This document shows, in pieces, positions 1 to 10,371 of a stretch of 64,000 nucleotides of DNA. The translations under genes and the position numbers were made by a program. Source of the DNA: an uncultured Candidatus Micrarchaeota archaeon (lineage in GTDB: Archaea > Micrarchaeota > Micrarchaeia > Anstonellales > Bilamarchaeaceae). Under the pieces are notes generated by a model. It was not told the DNA's origin. It did no database searches and saw only the letters and a list, made by a program, of their open reading frames with translations. The DNA lies in contig OY970229.1 in the NCBI GenBank assembly GCA_963714085.1, positions 416,001 through 480,000 on the forward strand, written 5' to 3'. Each line of letters starts with the position of its first letter. Position 1 is the stretch's first letter.

Positions 1-2940
1 ATTGTTCGACATACAATTAACGTAGATGCCGCTATTGGGGCCGTTGCCGGCGACGTTGTTGGACACGTTAATATCGTATCCCGATATCTCGATGCCGTAG
101 TAGTCGTTGCTTAACCTATTGTTATATATGCTGGTGTTGGAGCTCGCAATGTTGAAGAGGCTGGTGCCGTATGCCCCATCGCCGAAGTAGATGCCGTGGC
201 CGTATGTCATACAGCTGTAGGGGAACGTATAAGGACTGGTGCTGTTTTCGATGATATTGTCATATATGACGTCATTATTGCCCGCCATAGTGATGCCCCC
301 TGCATTGTTGTTGTTGAAGGTATTGTTATACACGGTGGTGTTGTCGGACGCCCCAAATAAGCCCACAGACGTGTTGCTGACGCTATTGAAAGACAGGTTG
401 TTGTTGTTGCAGGTCTGCTCACCAAGGTCGATGCCGGCCCCGAATGCGTTAGTGATACTATTGTTATACAAGGCGTTGTTGCTGGAAGCGGTAAGCGTGA
501 TGGCGCCGCTGTTCACGTTGTAGATATTATTGTCATAGAATACGGACTGGTTCACCGAATTGAGGCTGATGCCGCCATAGCTTGCGTTGTAGACGCTATT
601 GTTATAAACGGCTATCTGAGTCGCTGCGTAGACGGCGAAACCCAGCACGCCCACGTCGAAACCGTCGGGGGTGAAATAAATCGGGCCGTTGTAGGCGGTA
701 TTGTTGTATGCGGTGTTCTGGGACCCGCTCAGCGCGAACGCCAGCTCGAGGGAGTGGGCGGTATTGTTGTACATGGTGTTGTTATTGCTCGATGGATCGA
801 CCCGGATGCCAGCTCCAGCGTCGTAGTAGAAGACATTGTTATACATGGTGTTCTGGCTCGAATTGACGAGCCAGATGCCATTGCAAACCGCGGCGTACGC
901 GCCGTAATCGTCGGCGTAGTCTCTAAAGGCGAGATTGCCGTACAAGGTATTGTTGTTGGATGAATCGAGCACGATGCCGGATTGAGTGTTGTAGGAAGCG
1001 GTATCGTTGCACAGGACATTGTTGTTCGAATTCTCGACCATGATGCCGTGGCCGTTGCTGAGGCTGGGGTCGTTGGTTTCGTTATTGTTGCACAGGGTAT
1101 TGTTGTTCGATGACTGAACCCAGATGCCATACAGGTAGCTGAGTCCGATGGTGTTGTTCAGGATAGAGGAATTGGTCGAGTTGTATTCGATTATGGGGTT
1201 GGTATAATTGGAGATGATGCAGTTCTTCACCGTGACGTTATCGGTCATTGCAAAGATGATGCCGGTCGCGGGCCAAGCGGTACCAATGATGCTATGCCCC
1301 GCGCAGTCGAATGTGACATTGGACGAGGTGATCCTGACGCAGGTCTGGAAGGCATATCCTACGGGCGTGTAGGTCGGCTGGCCGGTGAAGTTCATCCCCA
1401 TCACGTAGGTGCCGGGCTTGGATATGGTCGGGCAGTTGGTGTATAGGGTGCTATACACCTGGCTCGCATTGAAAATGCCGAAGATGCTATACGCAGTGGA
1501 TGGAGGGGGTAGAGTGGATATGTTCGCGAACACGTACTTGTCGGAAGTGTCGACTCCGTATGGGGACGCGAAGTCCGCGGGGTTCGTTATCCATACGGGG
1601 TTGAGTATCGACAGGTTGTATTCCAGCATGAAGAGCGTGTTCTCGTTCAGGGAGACGACGTCTGCAGGCGTGTAGCTGAGGTTGAGGAAGATGAATGAGT
1701 CAAACGAGTTGGAAGCGACTTCCACGAACCTGTTTATGTCGCTCAGGCCGGGCGGGTCCGATTGCGGGGGGTGGGGGGAGTCCTGGATGCTGACGTCCTT
1801 TGAGGTGAATGATACGGTGTTATTGCCCACCGTGAGGTTCTCGACGACGACGCCCATGGCGCTGAATTGCGAATCGAAAGCCCAGGCGCCGTTGTTGACA
1901 ACGCTATTGTTGGAGATGGTACTGTTGCTCGATGTGCCGATGCCGATGCCCGCATAGCCGTTGTTGTTGGCGATATTGTTGTATAAAGCAGTGTTGTTCG
2001 ATGTATCGAAGACGATGCCGTAGTTGGAATTGTTGCTGGCGGTATTGTTGGACAGGGTATTGTTATACATGTTGGCGCTGTGCGATGAGAAAGCGATGCC
2101 ATCGTAGTTGTTGCCGGCACTGTTGTTGGATACGACGTTGTTAGACGAATTAAAGAAGATGCCATAAAAAGTATTGTTATTGGCGATATTGTTTGACAGA
2201 GTGGCGTTGTTCGATGAGTCCAGGTAGATGCCGGTATTGTTGTCGTTATTGGCGACATTGTCCAGGATATTGGAATTGTTTGAACTGTAGTAATAGATGC
2301 CATAATTATAGTTGAAGACGTTGCAGTTCTGCACAGTGACGTTAGTGACCGGGCCTGCGACAAGGATGCCGAATGTCTGGCCGGCGCTGTTGTTAGTGAT
2401 GCTATGGCCCGCGCAGTCGAACACCACGTTGGACGAGTTTATCCTTACACAGGAAGCGCCGGTGAGCGGTGATGCGCTGTTCGGCGCGCCGGTATAGTTT
2501 ATCGTCGTCATCGTGTAGGTGCCGGGCAGGGTTATGTTCGGGCAATTGAGAGTAGGATCATTGTCCATTACGCCATAGCCCGCCCCGGACACCGCGTATC
2601 CGCTGCTCTGGACGGACTGGCCTGTTGTGCCGTTTCCGGACAGCGTACCGTTATCGCTTATGGATTGGTTATCAGGGGTTCCGTTCTGGACTGACTGGTC
2701 CTGGGTCCCGTTGTCCGTGGGTATGATACCCGGAGGCGTTTGGAGCGCGGTTCCGTTTTGGATGTTCAAAGAACCGTTTTCGGCGAGCGTGCCGTTATCG
2801 CCCATGGACTCCGCGGTCGCATTGAACGCGCCCCCGTTCTGGTCGGACTGCGCATGGCTCACGGTCATGTATGCCAGCAGCGATACGACCAGGACCAGCA
2901 ATGTCGCCGCGAACAGTGTACTTCCCCTAGGGCGCCGCAT
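1..2940 (-). CDS. Large secreted parallel beta-helix (NosD/CASH/PbH1-repeat) surface protein, partial (runs off left edge)
   Basis: ATG at 2940 (MRRPRGSTLFAATLLVL signal peptide); the same frame reads ...GIYVNCMSNN at position 1; absent from the ORF track, consistent with no stop in the window; Asn-rich GIYL..SSNN repeats; N-terminus and promoter paralogous to 3094..8448. Confidence 0.85.
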   Translation of the reverse strand, partial: MRRPRGSTLFAATLLVLVVSLLAYMTVSHAQSDQNGGAFNATAESMGDNGTLAENGSLNIQNGTALQTPPGIIPTDNGTQDQSVQNGTPDNQSISDNGTLSGNGTTGQSVQSSGYAVSGAGYGVMDNDPTLNCPNITLPGTYTMTTINYTGAPNSASPLTGASCVRINSSNVVFDCAGHSITNNSAGQTFGILVAGPVTNVTVQNCNVFNYNYGIYYYSSNNSNILDNVANNDNNTGIYLDSSNNATLSNNIANNNTFYGIFFNSSNNVVSNNSAGNNYDGIAFSSHSANMYNNTLSNNTASNNSNYGIVFDTSNNTALYNNIANNNGYAGIGIGTSSNSTISNNSVVNNGAWAFDSQFSAMGVVVENLTVGNNTVSFTSKDVSIQDSPHPPQSDPPGLSDINRFVEVASNSFDSFIFLNLSYTPADVVSLNENTLFMLEYNLSILNPVWITNPADFASPYGVDTSDKYVFANISTLPPPSTAYSIFGIFNASQVYSTLYTNCPTISKPGTYVMGMNFTGQPTYTPVGYAFQTCVRITSSNVTFDCAGHSIIGTAWPATGIIFAMTDNVTVKNCIISNYTNPIIEYNSTNSSILNNTIGLSYLYGIWVQSSNNNTLCNNNETNDPSLSNGHGIMVENSNNNVLCNDTASYNTQSGIVLDSSNNNTLYGNLAFRDYADDYGAYAAVCNGIWLVNSSQNTMYNNVFYYDAGAGIRVDPSSNNNTMYNNTAHSLELAFALSGSQNTAYNNTAYNGPIYFTPDGFDVGVLGFAVYAATQIAVYNNSVYNASYGGISLNSVNQSVFYDNNIYNVNSGAITLTASSNNALYNNSITNAFGAGIDLGEQTCNNNNLSFNSVSNTSVGLFGASDNTTVYNNTFNNNNAGGITMAGNNDVIYDNIIENSTSPYTFPYSCMTYGHGIYFGDGAYGTSLFNIASSNTSIYNNRLSNDYYGIEISGYDINVSNNVAGNGPNSGIYVNCMSNN

Positions 2941-2944
2941 ACTT

Positions 2945-2973
2945 AATTTACGCGGCTAGAATTTAAAAAGAAT
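2945..2973 (-). promoter_or_regulatory. Duplicated promoter (TTTAAA TATA box) of beta-helix gene 1
   Basis: 29 bp matching 8453..8481 with 1 mismatch; TATA-like box about 25 nt upstream of ATG. Confidence 0.7.
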
Positions 2974-2992
2974 CTTGTTTGAGGGCGCTTCG

Positions 2993-3067
2993 CTTTTTCT
3001 CGTCTTCCCATGGCTTCTTGACGAGCTGGTCCGGCTCCTCGCGCTTGAACCCGTCCTCTTCGTCCCG
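2993..3067 (-). pseudogene. Decayed remnant of the 3' end of the coiled-coil gene 8567..10279
   Basis: Translates RDEEDGFKR--EEPDQLVKKPWEDEKK versus RDEEDEFKRKREELRQLVKKLWEDEKK at 8570..8650. Confidence 0.85.
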
Positions 3068-3093
3068 GGCTCCTGTTTTCCCGGCTGGGGACG

Positions 3094-6000
3094 CTATGCC
3101 TTTTGCGCCGGCTTCCTCTTGTTCTTGCCGTTGCGCCATTTCCGGTATGCCAGGTATGCCAGGATCATGGCGATGATCAGCGGGAGCACCCAGCAGTAGT
3201 TCGGCGGCTGCTCGACCAAGGCCGGCGCCGGGGGCTGGGCGGCCGGCGGAGGCAGCGCGACCGCGATTATGTGGCTCTTCACAGAAGAGCCCGCCAGGAG
3301 GAGGTTGACCGTGTAATTGCCGTGGAACGCGAACGGAAGGACGGCATCGCCGTTCGCATCCGTGGTGGTCTGGAACGAGGGCCCGCCAGGCAGGATTATC
3401 TCGAGCGTGGCGTTCACGAACGCCTGCCCGCCCACCGTGGCATGGACCTTGCCCTGCCCTCCCACCAGGCCTTCTTTGTCGCCTGTCAGGTCGACGGGCT
3501 CGCATGCGTGCGCTATGCACACGTTGGCAGTCGGGCAGTCGGAATCCTGGCAGCAGCGGTATGAGGACCAGGCGTGGTTGGCTGCGAAGCCGCACACCCC
3601 GGTTACGGGTTGGCAGGCTCCTATGCTCAGGTTGCAGAAATCGACCAGCGGGCACTGGTCGTCCGAGGTGCAGCCCGAGCTCGTAACTGGCGGGGGCACG
3701 GGCGGGGGCGCTATCGCGCAGGTGGTGAACGTGAATGTTTCGCTTCCCGGCAGATAGCCGTTCTGCGATGCGTCTGCCTCGTAGGTCCCGCTCGCCGAGA
3801 GCTGGAATGTCGCCGTCCCGTCGCTTCCGGCGATCTGTTGGTCTACGAGCCCCTCGTACGGGCTGGTGAGCAGGAGCCGTATCTTGGTGCCCGGTCCGCT
3901 GTATGCGGTCACGGTGACCTGGTTGGCCGGGCACGGCGCCCGGGTCAAGGAAAGCGACAATGGAATCTCGACGGGCGGGGGTGACGAGGGGGTGTAGACC
4001 GGTGGCGGAGCCTGGGGCGTAGTCGGAGTCCCGCCGAGGATGCCGAATGTGCTCCCGAAATCGATTATGTTCGCGAACACGTATCCGTCGCTCGTGTCCA
4101 CCCCGTACGGTGAGGAGAAGTCCGACGAGTTCACGTCCCATCCGGCGGCGTCGTATCTCGCCATGAAGAGCGTGCTCGCGTTCAAAGATGCGACGTCTGC
4201 CGGCGTATAGCTCAGGTTTAGGAAGAGGAAGGAGTCCGGGGAGTTGGAGGTCGATTGCACGAACCTGTTGATGTCGTACAGGCCGGACGGGTCCGGCGCA
4301 TTGGTGGCGATAGAGGTCTCGCTGCCGTTCTCGAAGAGCTTTATCTCGAATGTGTCGTTCCCGGACGTGTCGACGCCGTCGTATTCCGCATTGTGGTCGT
4401 AGGAGATGACGTACACGCGGTTCGGCGCCGTGCCCGCCACGCCGTAGGTGATGTTGCTGACCACGCCGTCTGAGACAAGATCGCCCCATACCCCGGCGAC
4501 CAGGAAGTCCGAACCCTGGGTTATGGTCTGCGAGTCCATGCGGGCCTGGCCGCAGCATGAAGAATCGGATGAAGCGATGATGTCGTTGCTCAAGTAGACG
4601 AAGCCGTTGGTGCTTATCGCGATGTGGTCGTTCTGCCTCCCGAAAAGCGTGACGTTGAACGGGAGCGTTATGTCGCTGCTGAGAGCGTCGTCGCCGTACA
4701 TCGTCTGCGGGGACGATATGTCCGATACCGGCGTGATGTCCGTGGGGACGCTGGCGACTGTCGCGCCCGCGTCTGGTGTCGGTGTGTATGCTATGGAGCC
4801 GTTGTACGCGTTGGAGGTCGGGCCGAAGGAGGTTATGTCACGGGAGCCTGAGGGGCCGTCTGATATACCTGTGACTTTGTCATTGATCGCTTCGGTCGAG
4901 AGTATGTCCACCTCGACGCTAGGCGAACCGCCGATGTATCCTTGCGGCGGCCCGGACTGCTGGACGTTCACGTCCTCCGAATCGAATGAGACCATGTCAT
5001 TGCCGAGCGTGAGGTTGTCCACGATGTTGCCCGTGGAACCCGAGTACGAGGAGAACGCCCAGACGGAGTTGTCGGACGCGTTGAAGCCGCTGAAGTTATT
5101 GCCCTCTGCAGAATAGAGATAGATGCCAATCGGGTTGCCGGATGCTGAGCTGCCGTTGATGCTGTTCGGGCCCGATGATTCCATGTCGAAGCCATGATAC
5201 GCGTTGTCGTCTGCGGTGCAGTTGGAGAGGCTGGAGGCGGAGAGCGCGTCCGCATAGAAACCCTGGTAGCCATTTGCGATGGCTGAGTCGTTGGAGTACA
5301 CGCCGTTGTCGTCGTATAGCATCCCGAAGCCGAGTGCGTTGTAGGACGAGGCCGTATTGTTGATGGCGGAATTGTCCGTGTAGTACTCCAGGAAACCGTC
5401 GTTGTAGAGCGTGTCCGAGCCGTTGACCACGCTGTTCGTGACATTGGAGCCGTCCGCGCCGCAGAGCTCGATCTCGGCCGCGTCCAGGCTGTCCCAGGAG
5501 ACGGAGCCGTTGGAGTAGTATATCGGGCGGGATGCGGAGCCGACCGTATCCGCGATGTCGTTCTGGCAGTCGCTCGATGAGAGCGGGTACACATAAAGGT
5601 CGAAGTAGTTGTTTTCCATGGCGCTGTTGTTGTACAATGCGTTCTGGCTCGACGAATAGAGCATGATGCCGTTCCAGGTGCTGTTGTCGGCGACGTTGCC
5701 GGACAGGTTGTTCTGGTCCGAGTATTGGAGGTAGATGCCGCCATAGTCGTAATCTGCGCTATTGCCGGAGATGGCGTTCTGGTCCGATGAGTAGAGGGAG
5801 ATGCCGTAATTGCCGGAATAGTTGTCGGCGCTGTTGTTGGCCACGTTGTTCTGGTTCGAGGAATCGAGGATTATGCCGGAATATCCGTTGTCGGCGTCGT
5901 TGTCCACGATGCTGTTCTGGTTCGATGACTCGAGATCGACGCCGCCGCCGCTATTGTTCACGATGCTGTTGTTGGATACGCTGTTCTGGTTCGAGCTGGT

Positions 6001-8448
6001 AAGGTAGATGTCAGGGAAATAGTCCATGCTGGCGATGGTATTGTTATAAACGGAGTTCTGGTTCGATTGGTCGATATAGACGCCTTCCAGGATGCCGTCG
6101 ATGCTGTTGTCGTGCAGGGCATTGTGGTTGGACGAGTAATAGACGTAGATTGGGCTGTTCGTGTAGTAGAAGCTGCTGTTGTATAGAGCATTGTTGCTCG
6201 ATGAATAGAGATGGACGCCCGAAAAGCTGTAGTTGAAGCTGTCGTTGCATATGACATTGTTGTTCGATGAAGCGAGGGATACGCAGGTGCCGCTGCTGTT
6301 GTCGAAGCTGCTGTTCGCGAATGTGTTGCTGTTGCTCGATGAGACGAGGGCACCGTAAGTGCTGTTACCGAAGCTGATGTTCGAGAAGGTGTTGTTGTTG
6401 CTCGATGATACGAGGTAAGAGTCGTAAGTGCTGTTCTCGATGCTGATGTTTGTCATGGTATTGTTGCTCGATGAGGAGAGGTAAATGCCGTAGGTGTTGT
6501 CATCTAGGATGAGGTTCGAGAGCGTGTTGTTGGCGCTGTAGGCGGAGCCGGGGTACCAGTAAACGGAAGTGAAATAGACGCCGTAGGTGTTGTTGTCGAT
6601 GACGCTGTCGGAGACATAATTGTTGTTCGAAGGGGCGAAGTAGATGCCGTACTGGTTGTTGCTGATGTTATTGCCGGAGAGGTTATTGTAGTTGCCGAAA
6701 AGCAGGTAGTAACCTGCAAAGATGCCATAGTGGTCGCCGCTGATGTTATTGCCATAGACGGATTCGCCTGTCTGGGCGTAGAGGTAGATACCGCTGTTGG
6801 TGTCGTTATCGACGGTGTTTCGACAGACTGTGCCGCCGCTTGCTGAAACGATCGAGATGCCATAGGCGTTGTCGCTGGCATTGTTATCATGCACGTAAAC
6901 GTTATTGCCGGCATAGGCAAATACGTAGATGCCGTAACTGTTGTTGGTGGCGCTATTGTTATAGACAGCGCTGTTTGGCGTAGAAATGTATATCCCGTAG
7001 GTGTTGTTGTAGGCGATGTTATTATCGATGGTCGCATTCTCGTAGCCGTACTCCCCAATCGAGAGTATGCCGCTTAGGCTGTTGCTCACGACGTTGTTAT
7101 AGATGCTGACGTTGTCCGAGTAATAAGAGTAGATGCTGTAATTGTTGGTGTTGCTCACACTATTATTATAGACGGCAACATTGGGCGCCGGTCCATTGTA
7201 GACGCCCACTTGGATGCCCATGTCGAAGGAGTTGTTGACATTGTTGCTGTAGATGCTGGCGTTAGTCCCGCTAACGAGGATGCCGTTGGGGGCGCAGCCA
7301 TCGACAGTGTTGTTATAGATCTGAACGTAGAGTAGGCCGTCGGAATAAGACTCGCTAGAAGCGGTTATGCCGTTGTTGGTATTGTAAGGACCCTGATTTC
7401 CGTCGTTAATGACGACATTGCTGTAGATGCTGCTCTTGTTTCCTATGAAATCGATTCCGTGGTCGCTCTGGTTAACTACGATATTGTCATAGATGCTGCT
7501 ATTGGAGCCTTGAAGGACGATGCCGTCATAGGAGTTGTTATAGACGTTATTGCCATAGACGCTGTTTCCAGACCCGGGCCCGAAGAACATGCCTCCGTAG
7601 TTCCCGTATATGTTATTGTTGGCAATGGTGTTGTTATTGGTAGTCGTGCTGAACCCGCCTCCGTAAATGCCGTAGTAGGTGCCGCCAGTGATGTTATTGC
7701 CCGTGATTGTGTTGTAGTTGTTGCCGTTGGCGCTGTTCGGAATATAAAAATCAATGCCGATGTCGCATTTGCTTAATATGTTGCCGGAGATAGTAGAGTT
7801 AGTCACGTTGTCCAGTTCGATGCCCCTGGGACTGTTGGTGGTAAGGTTAGCGACAGTATTGTTTGCTATAATCAAATTGCTTGAACCGTATAGATAAATG
7901 CCTACCTGGTAGGTGGTAGGCGCGGCAGGAGGGCCGGAGATTATGCAGTTCGTCAAAGTAACGTTAGTAGAAGTCTGGATAAAAATGCCGTCTGCGGGAT
8001 ATATGCCGGTGTTCTGGATGGTGTTGTTCGCGCAGTCCAAGGCAACATTGTTTGAAATGATTTTGACGCATGCGTAAGTAAAAATTATCGGTACGGCGTT
8101 CGGCGCGCCGATGGAGCTTATGTTCAGCACGTAGGAGCCTGGCAGGGTTATCACAGGGCAGTTGGTGTTCAGCACGATGGGACCTGGTGGGCCGCCGAGA
8201 GGGCTTTCTGCGGATGTTTGCGATGCGGTCCCGTTTTGCTGGCTCGCGGACTCGCCTTGGACGGATTGGTTCGAGGAGTCATTTGCAACAAGCGTGCCGT
8301 TATCGCCCGCGGACTGGTTATCCGGGGTCGCATTGAACGCGCTCCCGTTCTGGTCGGACTGGGCATGGCTCACTGTCATGTATGTGAACAATGATATAGT
8401 CAATACCAACAATAATACCGAAAATACTACATTCCCCCTTGGCCGCAT
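3094..8448 (-). CDS. Giant membrane-anchored parallel beta-helix surface protein (NosD/CASH repeats, NIDO-like insert, PGF-pre-PGF-like, Cys-rich and Ig-like domains, C-terminal TM)
   Basis: About 1784 aa; signal peptide; many GIYL/SSNN repeats; C-terminal WVLPLIIAMILAYLAY followed by basic tail. Confidence 0.88.
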   Translation of the reverse strand: MRPRGNVVFSVLLLVLTISLFTYMTVSHAQSDQNGSAFNATPDNQSAGDNGTLVANDSSNQSVQGESASQQNGTASQTSAESPLGGPPGPIVLNTNCPVITLPGSYVLNISSIGAPNAVPIIFTYACVKIISNNVALDCANNTIQNTGIYPADGIFIQTSTNVTLTNCIISGPPAAPTTYQVGIYLYGSSNLIIANNTVANLTTNSPRGIELDNVTNSTISGNILSKCDIGIDFYIPNSANGNNYNTITGNNITGGTYYGIYGGGFSTTTNNNTIANNNIYGNYGGMFFGPGSGNSVYGNNVYNNSYDGIVLQGSNSSIYDNIVVNQSDHGIDFIGNKSSIYSNVVINDGNQGPYNTNNGITASSESYSDGLLYVQIYNNTVDGCAPNGILVSGTNASIYSNNVNNSFDMGIQVGVYNGPAPNVAVYNNSVSNTNNYSIYSYYSDNVSIYNNVVSNSLSGILSIGEYGYENATIDNNIAYNNTYGIYISTPNSAVYNNSATNNSYGIYVFAYAGNNVYVHDNNASDNAYGISIVSASGGTVCRNTVDNDTNSGIYLYAQTGESVYGNNISGDHYGIFAGYYLLFGNYNNLSGNNISNNQYGIYFAPSNNNYVSDSVIDNNTYGVYFTSVYWYPGSAYSANNTLSNLILDDNTYGIYLSSSSNNTMTNISIENSTYDSYLVSSSNNNTFSNISFGNSTYGALVSSSNSNTFANSSFDNSSGTCVSLASSNNNVICNDSFNYSFSGVHLYSSSNNALYNSSFYYTNSPIYVYYSSNHNALHDNSIDGILEGVYIDQSNQNSVYNNTIASMDYFPDIYLTSSNQNSVSNNSIVNNSGGGVDLESSNQNSIVDNDADNGYSGIILDSSNQNNVANNSADNYSGNYGISLYSSDQNAISGNSADYDYGGIYLQYSDQNNLSGNVADNSTWNGIMLYSSSQNALYNNSAMENNYFDLYVYPLSSSDCQNDIADTVGSASRPIYYSNGSVSWDSLDAAEIELCGADGSNVTNSVVNGSDTLYNDGFLEYYTDNSAINNTASSYNALGFGMLYDDNGVYSNDSAIANGYQGFYADALSASSLSNCTADDNAYHGFDMESSGPNSINGSSASGNPIGIYLYSAEGNNFSGFNASDNSVWAFSSYSGSTGNIVDNLTLGNDMVSFDSEDVNVQQSGPPQGYIGGSPSVEVDILSTEAINDKVTGISDGPSGSRDITSFGPTSNAYNGSIAYTPTPDAGATVASVPTDITPVSDISSPQTMYGDDALSSDITLPFNVTLFGRQNDHIAISTNGFVYLSNDIIASSDSSCCGQARMDSQTITQGSDFLVAGVWGDLVSDGVVSNITYGVAGTAPNRVYVISYDHNAEYDGVDTSGNDTFEIKLFENGSETSIATNAPDPSGLYDINRFVQSTSNSPDSFLFLNLSYTPADVASLNASTLFMARYDAAGWDVNSSDFSSPYGVDTSDGYVFANIIDFGSTFGILGGTPTTPQAPPPVYTPSSPPPVEIPLSLSLTRAPCPANQVTVTAYSGPGTKIRLLLTSPYEGLVDQQIAGSDGTATFQLSASGTYEADASQNGYLPGSETFTFTTCAIAPPPVPPPVTSSGCTSDDQCPLVDFCNLSIGACQPVTGVCGFAANHAWSSYRCCQDSDCPTANVCIAHACEPVDLTGDKEGLVGGQGKVHATVGGQAFVNATLEIILPGGPSFQTTTDANGDAVLPFAFHGNYTVNLLLAGSSVKSHIIAVALPPPAAQPPAPALVEQPPNYCWVLPLIIAMILAYLAYRKWRNGKNKRKPAQKA

Positions 8449-8452
8449 ACGC

Positions 8453-8481
8453 AATTTACGCGGCTAGCATTTAAAAAGAAT
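8453..8481 (-). promoter_or_regulatory. Duplicated promoter (TTTAAA TATA box) of beta-helix gene 2
   Basis: Near-identical to 2945..2973. Confidence 0.7.
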
Positions 8482-8566
8482 TCCTTTTGCGTATGCCGAT
8501 TTACCGAAGATAATGCGATTGTTTCACCGAGGTGGTGGTTTTCCTCCGCTCCGCCACGCGTCGGGC

Positions 8567-10279
8567 TCACTTCTTCTCGTCTTCCCACAGTTTCTTGACT
8601 AGCTGGCGCAGCTCCTCGCGCTTGCGCTTGAACTCGTCCTCCTCGTCCCGCGTGAGCGCTATCTCCTGGGTGAGCTCGCTTGTCTTCTCGGCAGGGGCCG
8701 CGGCTGCCCCTCCGCCGGCCCGCAGCTCCAGCACGCCGGCCTGCCTGGAGAGCAGGGCGAGCTTCTTGTTAAGGTTCTCGGAGGTCTTGGACAGCGATTC
8801 GATGCTGTTTTTCACGCTTTCGAGCATCTGCCGCTTCTTCTCGATCTCGGCGGCTATTTTCATGACTTCCTCGACCTTCTCGTTGTCCATGTGCTCGGAC
8901 GCCTTCTCGGCCTGGGCCTCTATGTCCCGGGTGACGGCGCTGACATCCGACTTCATCTTCCTGAGCTCGGCGTCGAGCCCCTCCATCTCGCGCCTGTTGC
9001 GCTCGAGGGATGGCATCACCTTCTCGCGTATGGACTGGTATGTGAGGAACGTCTCCTTCTCCTCGGACAGCGCGGTGGAGAGCTCCTGGAGCTGCGCCGA
9101 GAGCTCGTCCATCCGCTCGGCCATCCGGTTGCCCAGGTCCTCGAATTCGGCTCCAACGGTCCCGGCGCCTCCGGCCACGTCGAGCAGCTTCTTCAGCGCC
9201 TTCGTGCGCTCGTCTATGCTTTTCTCCGACTTCTGCACCTTCTCCAGCTCCTGGACCAGGCCCTTCTGCGCCGGGAAGCGGTCCAGTATCTCTTTCGCCA
9301 CGTTCATGGAATCCGAGAAATGCTCCATGGTCTCCTTGTCCCTCTCGAGCCTGTCCGCGAGCTTCGTGCTCTTGGCCTTGAGCTCCTCGGCCTGGCCTGA
9401 GAGCGTGGAGATGTCCTGTTTCATGGAGGCGATCTTCTTGTCGTAGTCCTTCATGGACTCCCCGATGACCTTGAGCACGTCCTTGCCCTCCTGCAGCCCG
9501 GTGAGGTCCTGCCTCATGCGTGCGGACCGCTCCTTCGTGTCCTTGAATTCGGACATCAGCTCGTCGAGCTTGTCGCGGATGTCATCCATCCTGGGCATCT
9601 CGATCTCCTGGGGCCCTGTTTTCGCATAGCGGTCGGCCTTCAGTTTCAGGGACGAGAGGTCCTTCCTCATGCCCGCTAGCTCGGCCGAGAGCGCGTCCAG
9701 CCGATCGACGGTCTTCTTGGTCGGCCCCTTCTCCATGGTCTTGCCGATGCCCTCAATCTCGCGGCGCGAATCGTCGAGCTCCTTTGTGACGGAATCCAGC
9801 CGGGTCACCGCGTCGTCAAGCTTCTCCAGGTACTCGTCCAGCCTCGCCGTGCCTCCTGCCTTGGCCTTGTCAACGCCCTCGAGCTTCTTCTCCAGCTCGC
9901 TGAGCCTGGGGGAGAGCTTCGCGTAGAGCTCGTTGAAGGAATTGTTCAGCTCGTCCAGCCCCTGCGCCTGGGGCTGGGCCTCTTTCTTCAGCGCGGCGAT
10001 CTCTTCCTGGACATCGGTGCGCTTCTTGTAGAACTCCTCCTTCTCCGCGGCGACCTGCTGCTCGGTCGGGGCTACCCACACCAGGTATATCTTTGTGAGC
10101 CGGTACTCTATCCTGATTATGCCTTCCTCCTCGAGCGCCGCGCCCCAGTCCTCGATCGTGGTCTCTGGTATGTTCAGGACCGCTGCGGCTTCGGTGAGCT
10201 CGATGCGCCCCTTGTCCTTGACGAGCCGGACCAGGGCGTCGACTCCGGTTGTGATAAGCAGTTCATCGAACTCGACCAT
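8567..10279 (-). CDS. N-terminal winged-helix plus long coiled-coil protein
   Basis: N-terminal VRLVKDKGRIELTEAAAVLNIPETTIEDWGAALEEEGIIRIEY wHTH pattern, then about 480 aa of heptad-like E/K/L-rich sequence with no ATPase motifs. Confidence 0.8.
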   Translation of the reverse strand: MVEFDELLITTGVDALVRLVKDKGRIELTEAAAVLNIPETTIEDWGAALEEEGIIRIEYRLTKIYLVWVAPTEQQVAAEKEEFYKKRTDVQEEIAALKKEAQPQAQGLDELNNSFNELYAKLSPRLSELEKKLEGVDKAKAGGTARLDEYLEKLDDAVTRLDSVTKELDDSRREIEGIGKTMEKGPTKKTVDRLDALSAELAGMRKDLSSLKLKADRYAKTGPQEIEMPRMDDIRDKLDELMSEFKDTKERSARMRQDLTGLQEGKDVLKVIGESMKDYDKKIASMKQDISTLSGQAEELKAKSTKLADRLERDKETMEHFSDSMNVAKEILDRFPAQKGLVQELEKVQKSEKSIDERTKALKKLLDVAGGAGTVGAEFEDLGNRMAERMDELSAQLQELSTALSEEKETFLTYQSIREKVMPSLERNRREMEGLDAELRKMKSDVSAVTRDIEAQAEKASEHMDNEKVEEVMKIAAEIEKKRQMLESVKNSIESLSKTSENLNKKLALLSRQAGVLELRAGGGAAAAPAEKTSELTQEIALTRDEEDEFKRKREELRQLVKKLWEDEKK

Positions 10280-10371
10280 GGGCACAAATAACCCGAGTAG
10301 CTTTATTAATATTATGCCGAATGGTTATTGGTATTGGTAAGTCACAATCGAATGTCCGCCACTGTGATCGC

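Noticed and set aside
2963..4558. 531-aa minus-strand ORF in the track
   Set aside because: Alternate-frame shadow of the adhesin gene with Arg/Gly/His-biased composition; only its last codons are meaningful, as the duplication remnant.
8567..10279. SMC/Rad50 ATPase
   Set aside because: No Walker A/B, signature motif, hinge or zinc hook.
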